NCBI GenBank assembly: GCA_030390025.1
Contig: CM059432.1
Span: forward strand, 57,538,001 to 57,602,000
Direction: 5' to 3'
Source: Squalus acanthias
Taxonomy: Eukaryota
Length of the DNA: 64,000 nt
The notes beneath the pieces were generated by a model that was not told where the DNA came from, searched no databases, and was given only the letters and a program-made list of their open reading frames with translations. A program made the position numbers and the translations under genes. Positions 48,536 through 62,301 of the stretch are shown here, in pieces (within the stretch, counting starts at the first letter, position 1; the number at the start of each line of letters is the position of its first letter).

Positions 48536-51117
48536 TCTGAGAAATTACTCTCAAATTCCAAAGTAATCAAAACAAGTTCCAGGAGATCACAGTGACCATG
48601 AGACACATCACCCAACATCCTACTTACCTTTTGTTCACAGTGATATCTGCCTCAGCCAGGAACTCGTCCAGCATTAGATTGTTTTCCTGGGCAATGTCTG
48701 ATTTTTGCAAATTTGTTGGGGAGGTTTCCAGCAAATGTTTTCCTTTATCATTCATGGTTGCTGCACCATTTGCATAGCACCAAATGAAGCGATGAGGTTG
48801 GGAATTCCTTTGGGAATTTCAATAGCATTGCCTGATTTAGATGAAGAAAATAAGTTTACGAGGCAACAACAAATGCAGATGTTACGATGCTGGAGGTGTT
48901 TTGTCCACATCCGTTCCTATCCTGGCATCTTTGTTTATAAACTCCTTACAAATGTACATGGGTATGTCTAAGGAAACCTGCCTTTACCGCCTCTGCACGT
49001 CAAGAAGCGTGTTCGTCCCTTCTCACTCGGTGTACTAGCCTCTAAAATTACGGTTCCTGTGAGGCCATGAATGGGGGAGTACCCAGTGTCGGGAATCTCC
49101 ACCCCGCTGATGCAGGCACCCTTACAGGTCCCCACCAATAGCGGCAGCGCAAGCCAAGATCCAACATATCTGGGCGTTGACCTCTTTTCCAGCCTTTCCC
49201 CCACACTCCCCCAGAATTACAGGGGGTGAGAATAACAAGGGCCGTGGTATTTCGGCCCACTTGAACTTACAAATCTTTTCCCCTCAGTAGCTGGAACGAG
49301 TTGATATTTTTTGTGACATTGCCAATGAAGGCTTTTATGAGCATATTAATCTGTTTAATTTATACATGCAATGCAGTCCTTGTACAATTGATCCTTGAAA
49401 AATAATATAACTAATAAAAGTAAGGCATATAATTGACTATGTCTAGTAGATTTATTTTGTTTTCAGTTAGTGCAATCTCAAGAGTTAGTTGATTCCAAGC
49501 TTCTGTCCTCAGGTTTAGAACGTTAGGGTTCTTGGGGCATCTGAGGCATCTTTTCAATTGCCTGTGTTTGCTCGAGGTCAACTTGTTAAAAAGAAGCTTC
49601 ATCTGCTCACTGTTTGAGCCAATCTGCCATTGGATTTCTCCATCTGTGAAAATTAAACTTTCTCACTTTAATCCAAAATCATCTGTACTGGATCCACTGG
49701 AATAATGGAAAACTGCTGTATTACTGATAACGCTGAACAGCTATCTCGCCAATAGACTCCACCAGGGATTCATATCATTCAGCATGTGTTAAAGACTAAT
49801 GTAAGTTTGCCTATCTCAAACAATTTCTTCTTCAATTCAGTCATCATCTATGTTCAACGGAATGGAAAAATACTGCACTCATTAAAATAGTGAAGGTGCT
49901 GTGCCATCTCATGCTGTCACCTCCTTTCTGTGGGGAAAAGGCTGAAAGTGTTTCCCCTGGCAAACAAGCCTTCTTTTGCTTGCTTTATCTGGTGAACTGA
50001 AGACTGATGCCAGGTCTCCAACCCCTTTACATTGACCAAGGATTACCTGGGCTTCTGTCAAGAGGGAGCAACATAGACAAACAGCAGTGATGGTAATGAG
50101 GGGGGAACGGGAATTCTTGGCTCTCTAACCTTGTTTTCATTCCTGAATGGCAGAGGGGCACCCAGTCCATGTGCTTGACTAGAAATCACGGGACACACTA
50201 TAATATTTCATGAAGATCTATGTCTATTTCATCCTCCAGCCTTCTCGCATAACAAACTATGCAATAAAGATGCTCTAGAAAAGAATATCTTAGCTCCATT
50301 CTACCTTTATTACTTCAAATGTTGTACTTTTTGTTTCTTGTAATTAATTGCTTCTGTGTGTTATCTTGCTTACAATTAAATCTGTACTAGCTTTAGCCTA
50401 TTTGTACTGGTCTTACAATATGGTATTCAGCAGCTTTTGAAGAGGACAGGTGGGCAACCCACGTGAATTTCTGGGGCTGCTATAAGAATAAAAGGGTAAT
50501 TGTTAATCCTGTGTGTGCCTTCAGTCACAACACATAGGAACATAATGTGAAAAATGTACTTTTGCAGGCTTTTCTGTATAATAGGCCTTTAGATTCAAAG
50601 TTGTTATTATCAGTAGTTTTTGAACTGTCCTTGATGAGAAAACATCATAAGATGCTGTCTCCATAGGTTATCTTATGGTTATGGGATCATGGCATTGGAA
50701 AATTGTTCGTTGTCTGTTTCTGCCTATTGTGGAATGTACGGGAGTTGACAGGTGGCTGCTTTGCTTGGGAAACATTGAAATTGATTGACATACAGGCACA
50801 AAGCAGGCTCAAGGTCCCATAATATAATGAGTGATTAATTTATATAAACTGGACTTAAAGGACAGAATGTTAGAATGTTTCTCGGAGCAGAACTGGACCC
50901 ACGCAGGTGAGTGAAAAGCAACTCAAGTTTGATCACCTTGTAGATGTTAAGCAGGTTGTATCTCAATGTCTTATTTACTATGTTATAAGTATAACCTTTG
51001 TATTTTAACATCTTTACTTCTTGTATTATAGCTTCTTTTCTAACTGCAATAAACTTTAGAACAAGGCTCCCTCTAGTTTCTGAGTATGAAAGACTGAATT
51101 TGATACTCAGAAACGAG

Positions 51118-52673
51118 GGGCTCGATTTTAATAGCCCTGAGGAGATGGATTTGGAGGCGGGTCAGCAACGAAAATCGGGAAAAATGGCTTCAGACTGCCA
51201 ACCCGCCTCCATCCCGCTCCCACGCGATTTTCGTGAGTGTCAGGTCAGCCGCTCCCAAACTGACCCGACGGGAACCGGTGGGACAGGTAGTTAAGGCAGT
51301 TAAGAGCCTGTTAACTGCCTTGCTAATCCTATGTTTTTATAGTGGTTTCCTATTTTCGTGCTTCTGGCTCCTGTTTCCCATCTTGTCAGAAACAGGCCAG
51401 GTTCAAGGAGACGAGTTTCTCGAGGACATGATTTGGAGTCATTGATGCAGTACTTTAAAAGTGCTCCTGTAACATGGCTGACATTCAAATGCGACAACTT
51501 TGTTGTTGGAGGTTTGGGATAAGATTTTGCAAATCTACTGACCTGTGACTGTTCAAGCTGACACCCATCTGAAGTGTTACCTGATTGGAATAATTTTAGG
51601 CCACTTCGACTGTGCGCTTGCAAGCTTCTTGTCTCAACTGAAATCTATAGCAACGTGATGGGAACCATTTACATCCTCTCATCCTGGTCGTCAGATTCGG
51701 AGGAAGAGCAGCCGTGGCAGCACCACAACCAGCCACAACAGTAGCACCAGCACCAGGAGCACCAACCTTCTCCTCACCCACCTGATGCTGCACTGGACAC
51801 AGGACATCAGCCCCTGATAAAATTGCTGGCCGGGAGGCCAGCAATGGCATCACCATGGCCAGATTTTCTTCACTTGATGCTGTAAACCCTGTCTGCCACA
51901 TGATATGCCAGGTTGACACCATCCCACACCAGCACCGTGAAGCATCCCTTTAATGTCCAAGCCATTCCATGCACACACATCACTATAGCGGGGTGGTGGT
52001 GGGGGGGAGGGGAGTTATGACTGAACCATCACTGGAACTCAGTAAGACACTTCTCAATGCGCGCTCAGATCTGTCCAATAAGGGGCACTTTTAGAAAAAG
52101 ATATTACACTGTATGACAACACATTACCAGCAACTTCACATGGACATTGGCTAAACCTCTCAAGTGCCTACCCTTGTCTGTTGTTAGTTGGTATGCTTGC
52201 AATAGGATGAGGGTGAGTGTCAGGGGTGGCTAGTGAGATGGGGAAGTGATAAAGTAGAGAGGGATGGGTGGAGGTTCAAGGTAAGTTGGTGGCCTGGGGA
52301 AGTCTCTTCCGCCCTTGGAAGGGAAGAGAACCTCCGTGTGTGCTGTGACTCCCTGCATAAGCATATGGAGGGAGTCATTGGAGAGTCTGGGTGCAAGTGT
52401 TCACCTTTGTGCAGTGATTGTCAGTGTTTGCAGTGCCTCAATGCTGTCAAACACTGACAGATCAACTGTCAAAATTGTGCATGGTCCCTTTAAGGAAACC
52501 GGCAGATGACACATCATCAAATGACGTCATCAGACCCGCTTCCTGTTAATTGGCCGGTAAGGCCAATCAAGGGAAAATCACGTCTGCAGCTGGGGACGGG
52601 ACTAGAATGCGGAATCCGGAACCCGGAAACTAGCTGACCCGCCCAATCCGCCTCCAGAATTAAATTCGCGGCC
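51118..52673. mobile_element. Old non-autonomous Harbinger derivative with a Myb exon-1 relic (minus strand, ~52290-52410)
   Basis: Imperfect TIR gggctcgattttaat / attaaattcgcggcc; LAPRLSNDSLHMLMQGVTAHTEVLFPSKG. Confidence 0.6.
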
Positions 52674-52675
52674 TA

Positions 52676-53712
52676 GGTGTTTTTGTGACTGGAAGGCTGT
52701 TTCGAGTGGGGTTCTGCAGGGCTCAGTACTAGGTCCCTTGCTTTTTGTGGTATATATCAATGATTTAGACTTCAACGCAGGGGCCATGATTAAGAAGTTT
52801 GCAGTTGATACAAAAATTGGCCGTGTGGTTGATAGTGAGGAAGAAAGCTGTAGGCTGCAGGAAGATATCAATGGACTGGTCAGGTGGGCAGAAAAGTGGC
52901 AAATGGAATTCAATCCGGAGAAGTGTGAGGTATTGCATTTGGGGAGGGATAACAAGGCAAGGGAATACACAATAAATGGTATGATACTGAGAAGTGTAGA
53001 GGAACAGAGGGACCTTGGAGTGCATGTCCACAGATCCCTGAAGGTAGCAGGACAGGTAAATAAGATGGTTAAGAAGGCAAACGGAATGCTTTCCTTTATT
53101 AGCTGAGGCATAGAATATAAAAGCAGGGAGGTTATGCTTGAACTGTATAAAACACTAGTTAGGCCACAGCTAGAGTACTGAGTACAGTTCTGGTCACCAC
53201 ATTACAGGAAAGATCTGACTGCACTAGAAAGGGTACTGAGGAGGTTTACAAGGATATTGCCAGAACTGGAGAATTTTAGCTATGAGGGAAGATTGGATAG
53301 GCTGAGGTTGCTTTCTTTGGAACAAAGGAGGCTGAGGGGAGACTTGATTGAGGTGTATAAAATTGTGAGGGCCCTAGATAGAGTAGATAGGAAGGACCTA
53401 TTTCCCTTAACAGAGAGGTCAATAACCAGGGGGCATAGATTTAAAGTAATTGTTGGAAGTATTAGAGGGGAATTGAGTGGAACTTTTTTCACCCAGATGG
53501 TGGTGGGGGGTCTGGAACTCACTGTTTGAAAGGATGGTAGAGGCAGAAACCCTCATCACATTTAAAAAGTACTTGGATCTGCACTTGAAGTGTCGTAATG
53601 TACAAGGCTGCGGAGCAAGAGCTGGAAAGTGGGATTAGGCTGGATAGCTCTTTCGGCCGACAGACACAATGGGCTGAATGGCCTCCTTCTGTGCCGTAAA
53701 TTTCTATGATAC
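52676..53712 (+). mobile_element. 5'-truncated decayed CR1
   Basis: YINDLD..KKFAVDTKIG, EFNPEKCEVLH; tail ttctatgat. Confidence 0.92.
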
Positions 53713-53989
53713 TACGATTCTAATATAATTTACTCACACATAGGAGCAGAAGTAGGCCATTCAACCCCTCAAGCCTGTTCCGCCATTCAATTAGATCATG
53801 TCTGATCAGTATCCTAAGTCTATTTATCAGCCTTGGTTCCGTAACCCTTAATACCTTTGCCTAACAAAAGTTTATCAATCTCAGTTTTGAAATTTTCAAT
53901 TGACCTAGCCTCACAGCTCTTTGAGGGAGAGGGTTTCCACTATCTTTACAAAGCACACCATTGATTCTGTCATCCTCTCAAAATACTGT

Positions 53990-55320
53990 GCTATTTCTAA
54001 CTTCCTTTTCTGCTTTAATGTCCTCAAACGTGTCATTGTCTAGTTCCATACCCACTTCTCCCATCAGTCCCTGTTCAAATTCCTTCAATCTGGTTTCCAC
54101 AATGCTCAGAGCACAGAAACAACCCTATTTAAAGTCACTAATGACATCTTTTGTGACTGTGACCATGGTAGCTATCCTTTTTTGTCCTCCTTGATCTCCA
54201 GTATGGTAGACCATTCCATTCTCCTCCACTGTTACCATTTCAACCTTTCCAACATGACCAGCACATCTCTTGCAATGGCCTCTCCTCCTACCCTGCACTA
54301 ACACCTCAGAAGTGCCCAATTCATTACTTGACACTCCTTTTCCCCTTATGCCCTTGGTGACATCACCCATAGGTATGGGGTGAGCTTCCATATGTAAACG
54401 AATGACACCCAGCTCTACCTCTCCGCCACTACCTTCAACTTCATAACTGCCACTGTGCTGTCTGACTGCTTGTCCAAAATTAAGTTATGGAGGCGCAAAT
54501 GCTTTCTCTATCAGCAAGATCAAGGCCATCCTGTTTGGTTTCCACCAAAATCTCTGCAAACTAGTCCCTGATTAAAATCCTCTCTGCAACTGGTCACTCA
54601 GGCTGAACTCTGTGGTGTGCAGCTTAGATGTTCTGTTTGATCCTGAGCTGACTTGAAGCAAATAGCCTATCAATTACCAAGACCCCCATTTGATAGCACC
54701 AACATCGCCCGCTTCCACCCTTACCTTACCCACATCTCTGCTGTAATTCTCATCCATATCTTTGTCACCTCCAGGCTTGACTTCGCCAACACGACTTTTC
54801 AGTTTCCTTGCGTTCCAAGTTATATAAACTCCAAGTGATCTAAAACTTCGCCGCCTGCATCTTACCCACACTAAGTCCACTTATTACTTTTCTCCTTGCC
54901 AACTCCGCTGGGTCCTGTCCCCCAATGCATTTGATTTAAAATTCTTGTTCCTATTACAGTCTCTCCATAGACTCATCCCTCCCTATCTCTGCAACTATCT
55001 CTAGCCTGATGTGCCAGATCAAACCCACTGTTCCAACTCTGGCCTCCTTTGCTTTCTCCCCTCCACTTTATCTTCCATGACAGAGCCTTAAGACTTCTTG
55101 GCCCCAACCTCTTAAGCAACCTCCCTCAACCCTTCCATCTTGCTATCTTTCTCCCCTCCATCAAAGTCTCTTCAAAACCTACATCTTTGACCATATCTTC
55201 CTTTGGCTCCCCTAACTCCTCTCCTACCACTACTCAGCATCCATTTTCATCTCTTTGAAATGCCGTAGAATATTTTACCATGTAAAGGTCCTATAAATAT
55301 GCAAGTTGTTTTGTTTTGTC
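53990..55320 (+). mobile_element. Old L2 LINE relic
   Basis: QSGFHNAQSTETTLFKVTNDI, DTQLYL-like segment and L2-type 3' end (taaagg...tataaatatgcaagttgttttg). Confidence 0.7.
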
Positions 55321-55389
55321 AATATTTTCCTAATTTCTCTCTTTCACCATAGGCACTGACAGCCCTCCAACCATGCATGAGGAAGCAAT

Positions 55390-55690
55390 GATGGTTTTCA
55401 GGCTATTTGACTATGGTGGGCAGGGTGGGGAGGTGGGGGTACCACAGCTGAGCCCAATCCTGCCCTTATCCAATGACCACACACTTGTCAGTAGGAGTTA
55501 CTGGAATGCTACCAGGATCACAACACTGGCTGATTTTTTTTCTTCTTATTTGAAGGGCACTGAGGCCAATTGTAGCATCACCTTGGCTGAGATCAGCTAA
55601 CTCAGCAAAGCCCAGGAATTAAACCTGGGACCTTTTGTTCTACTTGACACTACATTACACTGGACACTGCCTTTACCCATTAGGCCATTA
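55390..55690 (-). mobile_element. Degraded tRNA-derived SINE (LF-SINE-like head)
   Basis: Minus strand ggtcccaggtttaattcctggg (B-box-like) followed by gctgagttagctgatctcagcc. Confidence 0.5.
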
Positions 55691-56101
55691 AGGAAATTTT
55701 ATGCTTCCCACTGCATATGTCTTCCATTTTATGACAGGTAGTAAATGAATGAACAAATCTTTCACTGACATCACAAAGTTATATAAAAATATCAGTAGCT
55801 GGGCCTAGTAGGATTTATTTATTAGCAATCCCTGGTACTGTAATGTTGATGGGAGTTATGTTACTTCATGGTACTAGTCCATCTGTCTGAATACTGTCAG
55901 CATGTTGTGGAACATGATAAGACAGTCTTTTTTAAGCAGGGGCAGGGAGGAGGGGAGGAAAGAACAAAGGGAAGGTCTGTGATAGGATGGAAGGCAGGAG
56001 AGATTGACTGACAAAAGGGATGATGGTGCAAGGCAAAAGGAGAGGTAATGGGACAAGTTAAGAAACAAAAGATGGCTCAAGAGAAAAATATATATAAAGA
56101 T

Positions 56102-56150
56102 ATACAGGGGCCAATTTATAGTCTGCCAGACTATAAATTGGCCCCTGTAT
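56102..56150. repeat. Perfect 24-bp-arm palindrome with a 1-nt spacer
   Basis: atacaggggccaatttatagtctg-c-cagactataaattggcccctgtat. Confidence 0.97.
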
Positions 56151-56257
56151 TTCTTTATTTTTTTCCCTCTTGCTTCCTCACATGGTAGCTGTTAATGTTG
56201 CTGCCATCATCATTCACACCTCATTTAGAACCATCTTTTGTTTCTTAACTTGTCCCA

Positions 56258-57708
56258 ATCCGTGTCTTTCTAAATGAAGATTTATCCTGTCCCTCAGAAT
56301 TTTTTCCAATAATTTTCCCACCACCGAGGTTAGGCTGACTGGCTTGTAATTACTCGGTCTATCCCTTTCTCCCTTTTTAAACAACAGTACCACATTAACA
56401 GTCCTCAAGTTCTCTGGCACCACACCTGGAGCCAGAGAGGATTGGAAAATGATGGTCAGGGCCTCTGCTATTTCCTCTCTTACTTCTCTTAACAGCCTGG
56501 GATACATTTCATCCGGGCCTGGGGATTTATCCACTTTCAAAGGTGCTAAACCCCTTAATACTTCCTCTTTCACTATTTTTATTTCATCTAATATTTCACA
56601 CTCCTCCTCCCTGATTGCAATGTCTGCTTCATCCCTCTCTTTTGTGAAAACGGATGCAAAGTATTCATTAAGAACCATACCCATGTCTTCCACTTCCACA
56701 CACAGGTTACCTTTATGGTCCCTAATAGGCCCTACTCTTAAATAAAAACAGAAAATGCTGGAGATACTCAGCAGGTCAGGCAGCATCTGTGAAGAGAGAA
56801 ACAGAGTTAACATTTCAGGTCAATGACCTTTCATCAGAAATGGAAAAAAGCAGGAAATGGAACAGATTTTTAAGCAAGGGTAGGGGCTGGGAAATGGGGG
56901 AGGGGATGAAAGAACAAAAGGGAAGGTCTGTGATAGGATAGAAGGTAGGAGAAGTTAAGAGACATTAAGAGAATGATGTAAGCCCTACTCTTTCTTTAGT
57001 TATCCTCTTGCTCTTATTGTATTTATAAAACATCTTTGGGTTTTCCTTGATTTTACTTGCCAATATTTTTTCATGCCCTCTCTTTGCTTTCCTAATTTCC
57101 TTTTTGATTTCACCCCTGCACTTTCTATACTCCTCTCAGCTTTCTGCAGTATTGAGTCCTCGGTATCTGTCATAAGCTTCCCTTTTTTTCTTTATCCTAC
57201 CCTCTATGCCCCTTGACATCCAGGGGGCTCTAGATTTGTTAGTCCCACCCTTTTTCTTTAAGGGAACATACTTGCTCTGAACCTCATTATCTCCTTTTTG
57301 AATGCCTCCCACTGCTCTGACACTGATTCACCTTCAAGTTTCTGTCTCCAGTCCACTTTAGCTAAATCACCTCTCAGCTTAGTAAAATTAGCTTTTCCCC
57401 AATTGAGAACTTTTATTCCTGGTCCATCCTTGTCCTTTTTCATAACTACCCTAAATCTAACTGAATTATGATCACTAGCACCAATATGCTCTCCTACTGA
57501 TACCCTTTCCACCTGCCCAGCTTCATTCCCTAAAACTAGGTCCAGAATTGCCCCCTCTCTTGTTGGGCTTGCTACGTACTGGCTAAAAAAGTTCTCCTGA
57601 ATGCATTTTAAGAATTCTGCTCCTTCTATGCCTTTCACACTAATTTTATCCCAGTTAATATTAGGCAAGTTGAAATCCCCTACTATTACTGCCCTATTTT
57701 TGCACGTA
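56258..57708 (-). mobile_element. Internal CR1 ORF2 fragment
   Basis: ORFs 56214..56813 and 57258..57719; similar to 29021-32953. Confidence 0.9.
56740..56981 (-). mobile_element. Penelope terminal fragment with hammerhead core
   Basis: Minus strand CTGATGAaAGGTCattGACCTGAAATGTT; 11-bp TSD gccctactctt at 56729-39 and 56982-92. Confidence 0.85.
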
Positions 57709-58221
57709 TCATAAATCATTGTATGTGAATTCAGGGCAGGAAATAATTAAACATCACAGTTCTGTATCAAATCATCGTGTTGCAGATGACAATACTGAAC
57801 TAGAACCCACAATATTATTTAAACTTTTAATAAAAACTTAATAAAAAATTAAATGTATCAAGCAGATTTTGGATGATAAAGAACAGGATTGAAGATTCTG
57901 AGGACCGATATAAACATGGGTGATCAATATTGTATAGAATATTATGGACTTAATACACTGAGTTATGAACTAAAGACTCAACTTGTTTTCATTAGAGGAA
58001 AGAAGCCAATTTTCTAAATTCACACACCAAGTGTAGAATGAATGTAAAATCAGAAAAGCAGGCAAGGTTCTGCACTGGGAGCATGCATTCAGAAACTCAT
58101 CCCAATAGGACAAATATTCCAAAACGTGTACTGCACAGATAGGAATGTTGTGCAGCAGGACATCCACCTATCTGCACAGTTCCTGCATGAGCTTCCAAGT
58201 TGGATTATATTTATCTGAAGA

Positions 58222-58318
58222 GAAAAATATGCATTTATATAGCACCTTTCACAACCACAGTACGTCCTAACGCTTTGTACTGCCAATTAAGTACTTTTGC
58301 AGTGTAGTCACTGTTGTA
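58222..58318 (-). mobile_element. 3' part of a DeuSINE split by a CR1
   Basis: Matches the reverse complement of ~17247-17340; continues at 62302. Confidence 0.8.
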
Positions 58319-61300
58319 TTTGACAATTCGGAAAGATAGAGTATTTGACAATTCAGAAAGATAAACAGAAAGGAAAGGGAGGTGGGGTGGCTTTGTTGGT
58401 AAAGGATGGGATCAGTGCAGTGGTGAGAAGTGATATTGGCTCAGAAAATCAAGATGTAGAATCGGTTTGGGTGGAGATAAAAAATAATAAGGGGAAAAAG
58501 TCTCTGGTGGGCGTAGTCTACAGGCTCCCGAACAGTAGCAATACTGCTGAACAGAGTATAAATCAACAAATAATAGAGGCCTGTAAAAAAGGTACGGTAA
58601 TAATCATGGGTGATTTTAATCTCCATATTGATTGGACAAATCAAATTGGCCATTGTAGCCTTGAGGAGGAGTTCATAGAGTGCATCCAGGATGGTTTCCT
58701 AGAACAGTACATAATGGAACCAACCAGGGAGCAGGCTATCTTGGATCTGGTACTGTGTAATGAGACAGAATTAATAAATGATCTCATAGTAAAGGATCCT
58801 TTAGGAAAGAGTGATCATAGCATGGTTGAATTTCAAATTCAGTTGGAGGGTGAGAAAGTTGTATCTCAAACCAGTGTCCTGATCTTAAACAAAGGCAATT
58901 ACAATGGCATGAGGGCAGAACTGGCTAAAGTGTACTGGAAAAATAAATTAAAGGGTAAGACAGTTGAAATGCAGTGGCGGACATTTAAGGAGATATTTCA
59001 TAACTCTCAACAAAAATATTTTCCAGTGAGAAAGAAAGATTTTAAGAGAAGGGAGCACCATCCATGGCTAACTAAGGAAGTAAAAGATGGTATCAAATTG
59101 AAAATGAAGGCATACATTGTTGCCAAGATTGGTGGGAGGCCAGAGGATTGGGAAATTTTTAAAAACCAGCGGAGGATGACTAAAACAAAATAAAGAGAGA
59201 GAAGATTAATTATGAGAGTAAACTGGCAAGAAATATTAAAACAGAGAGTAAGAGCTTCTACAGGTATATAAAAAGGAAGAGAGTAGCTAAAGTAAACGTT
59301 GGTCCCTTAGAGGATGAAACTGGGGAATTAATAATGGGGAACGGGGAAATGGCAGAGACTCTGAACAAATATTTTGTATCTGTCTTCATGGTAGAAGACA
59401 CTAACAACATCCCAATAATGGATAATCAAGGGGCCACAGGGAGGGGGAACTAAAGACAATCACTATCACAAAAGAAAAAGTACTTGGTAAAATAATGGGA
59501 CTAAAAGACGACAAGTCCCCTGGACCAGATGGCCTGCATCCCAGGATCTTAAAAGAAGTGGCTGCAGAGATAGTAGATGCATTGGTTGCAATATACCAAA
59601 ATTCCCTGGACTCTGGAGAGGTCCCAGCAGATTGGAAAACCGCAAATGTAACACCCCTATTTAAGAAAGGAGCGAGACAGAAAGCAGGAAACTACAGGCC
59701 AGTTAGCCTAACATCTGTCATTGGGAAAATGCTGGAGTCCTTCATTAAGGAAGCAGTAGCAGGACATTTGGAAAATCATAATGCAGTCAAGCAGAGTCAG
59801 CATGGTTTTATGAAAGGGAAATCATGTTTAACAAATTTGCTGGAGTTCTTTGAGGATGTAACGAGCAGGGTGGACAAAGGTGAGCCAGTGGATATGGTGT
59901 ATTTGGATTTCCAGAAGGCATTCGATAAGGTGCCACATAAAAGGTTACTGCATAAGATAAGAGCTCACGGAGTTGGGGGTAATATATTAGCATGGATAGA
60001 GAATTGGCTAACTAACAGAAAGCAGAGAGTCGGAATAAATGGGTCATTTTCCAGTTGGCAAACGGTAACTAGTGGGGTGCCACAGGGATCGGTGCTGGGG
60101 CCTCATCTATTTACAATCTATATTAATGACTTGGATGAAGGGACTGAGTGTAATGTAGCCAAGTTTGCAGATGATACAAAGATGGGTGGGAAAGCAAGAG
60201 CACTCAAAGAATCTGCAAAGCGATATAGACAGGCTAAGTGAGTGGGCAAACATTCGGCAGATGGAGTATGAACTTCGTCGTCGACGTCTGCCCTTGTTGA
60301 CAGTAGGCTCCCGAGGTATGGAAAGTGGTCCATGTTGTCCAAGGCCTTGTCGTGGATTTTGATAATCGGGAGGCAGTACTGTGTGGCGGGGGCAGGTTGG
60401 TAGAGGACCTTTGTCTTACGGATGTTTAGTGTAAGGCCCATGTTCTCGTACGCTTCGGTGAAGGTGTTGACGATGGTTTGGAGTTCGACCTCCGAGTGAG
60501 CACAGACGCAAGCGTCGTCTGCATACTGTAATTCGACGACAGAGGATGGGACGACCTTGGATCTGGACTGGAGGCGACGGAGGTTGAACAGTTTCCCGTT
60601 TGTTCTGTAAATTAGCTCCACTCCAGTGGGGAGCTTACTGAGGGTGAGATGGAGCATTGCAGCAAGGAAGATCAAGAAGAGCATTGGTGCGATGACACAG
60701 CCTTTCTTGTCATCGCACAGTCCAACACCACCTTCAGTGTGCCAGTGCAGCCTTCGGTCACCTGAGGAAGAGAGTGTTTGAAGACCAGGACCTCAAACCC
60801 GGCACTAAGCTCATGGTCAACAGAGCAGCAGTGATACCCGCCCTGCTGTATGCCTCAGAGACATGGACCATGTACAGCAGGCACCTCAAAGCACTGGAGA
60901 CGTACCACCAACGCTGCCTCCGCAAGATCCTGCAAATCCATTGGCAGGATAGGCGCACCAACGTCAGTGTTCTTGCTCAGGCCAACATCCCCAGCATCGA
61001 AGCTTTGACCACGCTCGATCAGCTCCGATGGACGGGTCACATTGTCCGCATGCCCGATACGAGACTCCCAAAACAAGCGCTCTACTCGGAGCTCTGGCAC
61101 GGCAAGAGAGCCCCAGGTGGGCAGAGGAAATGCTTCAAGGACACCCTCAAAGCCTCCTTGAAAAAGTGTAACATTCCCACTGACACCTGGGAATCCCTGG
61201 CCCAAGACCGCACAAAGTGGAGGAGAAGCATCCTGGAAGGCGCCGAACACCTCGAGTCTCTTCGCCGGGAGCAAGCGGAAGCCAAGCGCAGGCAGCACAA

Positions 61301-62301
61301 GGAGCGCAAGTCAACCCAAGCACCCCACCCACCCGCCCCTTCAACCACCGTCTGCCCCACCTGTGACAGAGACTGTAGGTCCCGCATTGGACTCATCAGT
61401 CACTTGAGAACTCATTTTTAATGTGGAAGCAAGTCATCCTCGGTGCCGAGAGACTGCCTAAGAAGAAGAAAAGATGGAGTATAATGTGGGAAAGTGCGAG
61501 GTTATCAACTTTGGCAGGAAAAATAAAAACGCAAATTATTATTTAATGGAGAGAGATTACAAAATGTTACAGTTCAGAGGGACCTGGGGGTCCTTGTGCA
61601 TGAAACACAAAAAGTTAGCATGCAGGTACAGCAAGTAATCAAAAAGGCAAATGGAATGTTGGCCTTTATTGCAAGGGGGTTGGAGTATAAAAGCAGGGAA
61701 GTCCTGCTACAACTGTACAGGGCATTGGTAAGACTGCACCTTGAGTACTGCATACAGTTTTGGTCTCCTTATTTAAGGAAGGATATACTTGCATTGGAGG
61801 CAGTTCAAAGATGATTCACTAAGTTAATTCCAGAGATGAGGGGGTTGACTTATGAAGCAAGCTTGATCAGGTTGGGCCTATACTCATTGGAATTTAGATG
61901 AATGAGAGGTGATCTTATTGAAACATATAAGATACTGAGGGGGCACGACAAGGTAGATGCAGAGAGGATGTTTCCCCTTGTGGGAAAATCTAGAACTCGG
62001 GGCATAGTTTCAGAATACAGGGTCGCCCTTTTAGAACTGAGATGAGGAGGAATTTCTTCTCTCAGAGTGTCGTAAATCTGTGGAATTCTCTGCCCCAGAG
62101 AGCCATGGAGGCTGGGTCATTAAATACATTTAAGGTGGAGATAGACAAATTTTTGCAAGATAAGGGAATGAAGGGTTATGGGGAGTGGGCGGGGAAGTGG
62201 CTTTGAGCCCAAGATCAGCCATGATCTTATTGAATGGCGGAGCAGGCTCGAGGAGCCAAGTGGCCTATTCCTGCTCCTATTTCTTATGTTCTTATGTTCT
62301 T
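58319..62301 (+). mobile_element. 5'-truncated CR1 (endonuclease to tail), same subfamily as 1428-6231
   Basis: ORFs 58345..59193, 59495..60241 and 61596..61814; (ttcttatg)n tail; tgta repeated at both junctions. Confidence 0.95.
60270..61471 (+). mobile_element. RTE LINE with an inverted 5' segment
   Basis: Minus-strand RT (QYADD, FPYLGS..DDEV) at 60270-60708 plus plus-strand continuation from ~60720; (aag)n tail; 11-bp TSD agatggagtat. Confidence 0.93.
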
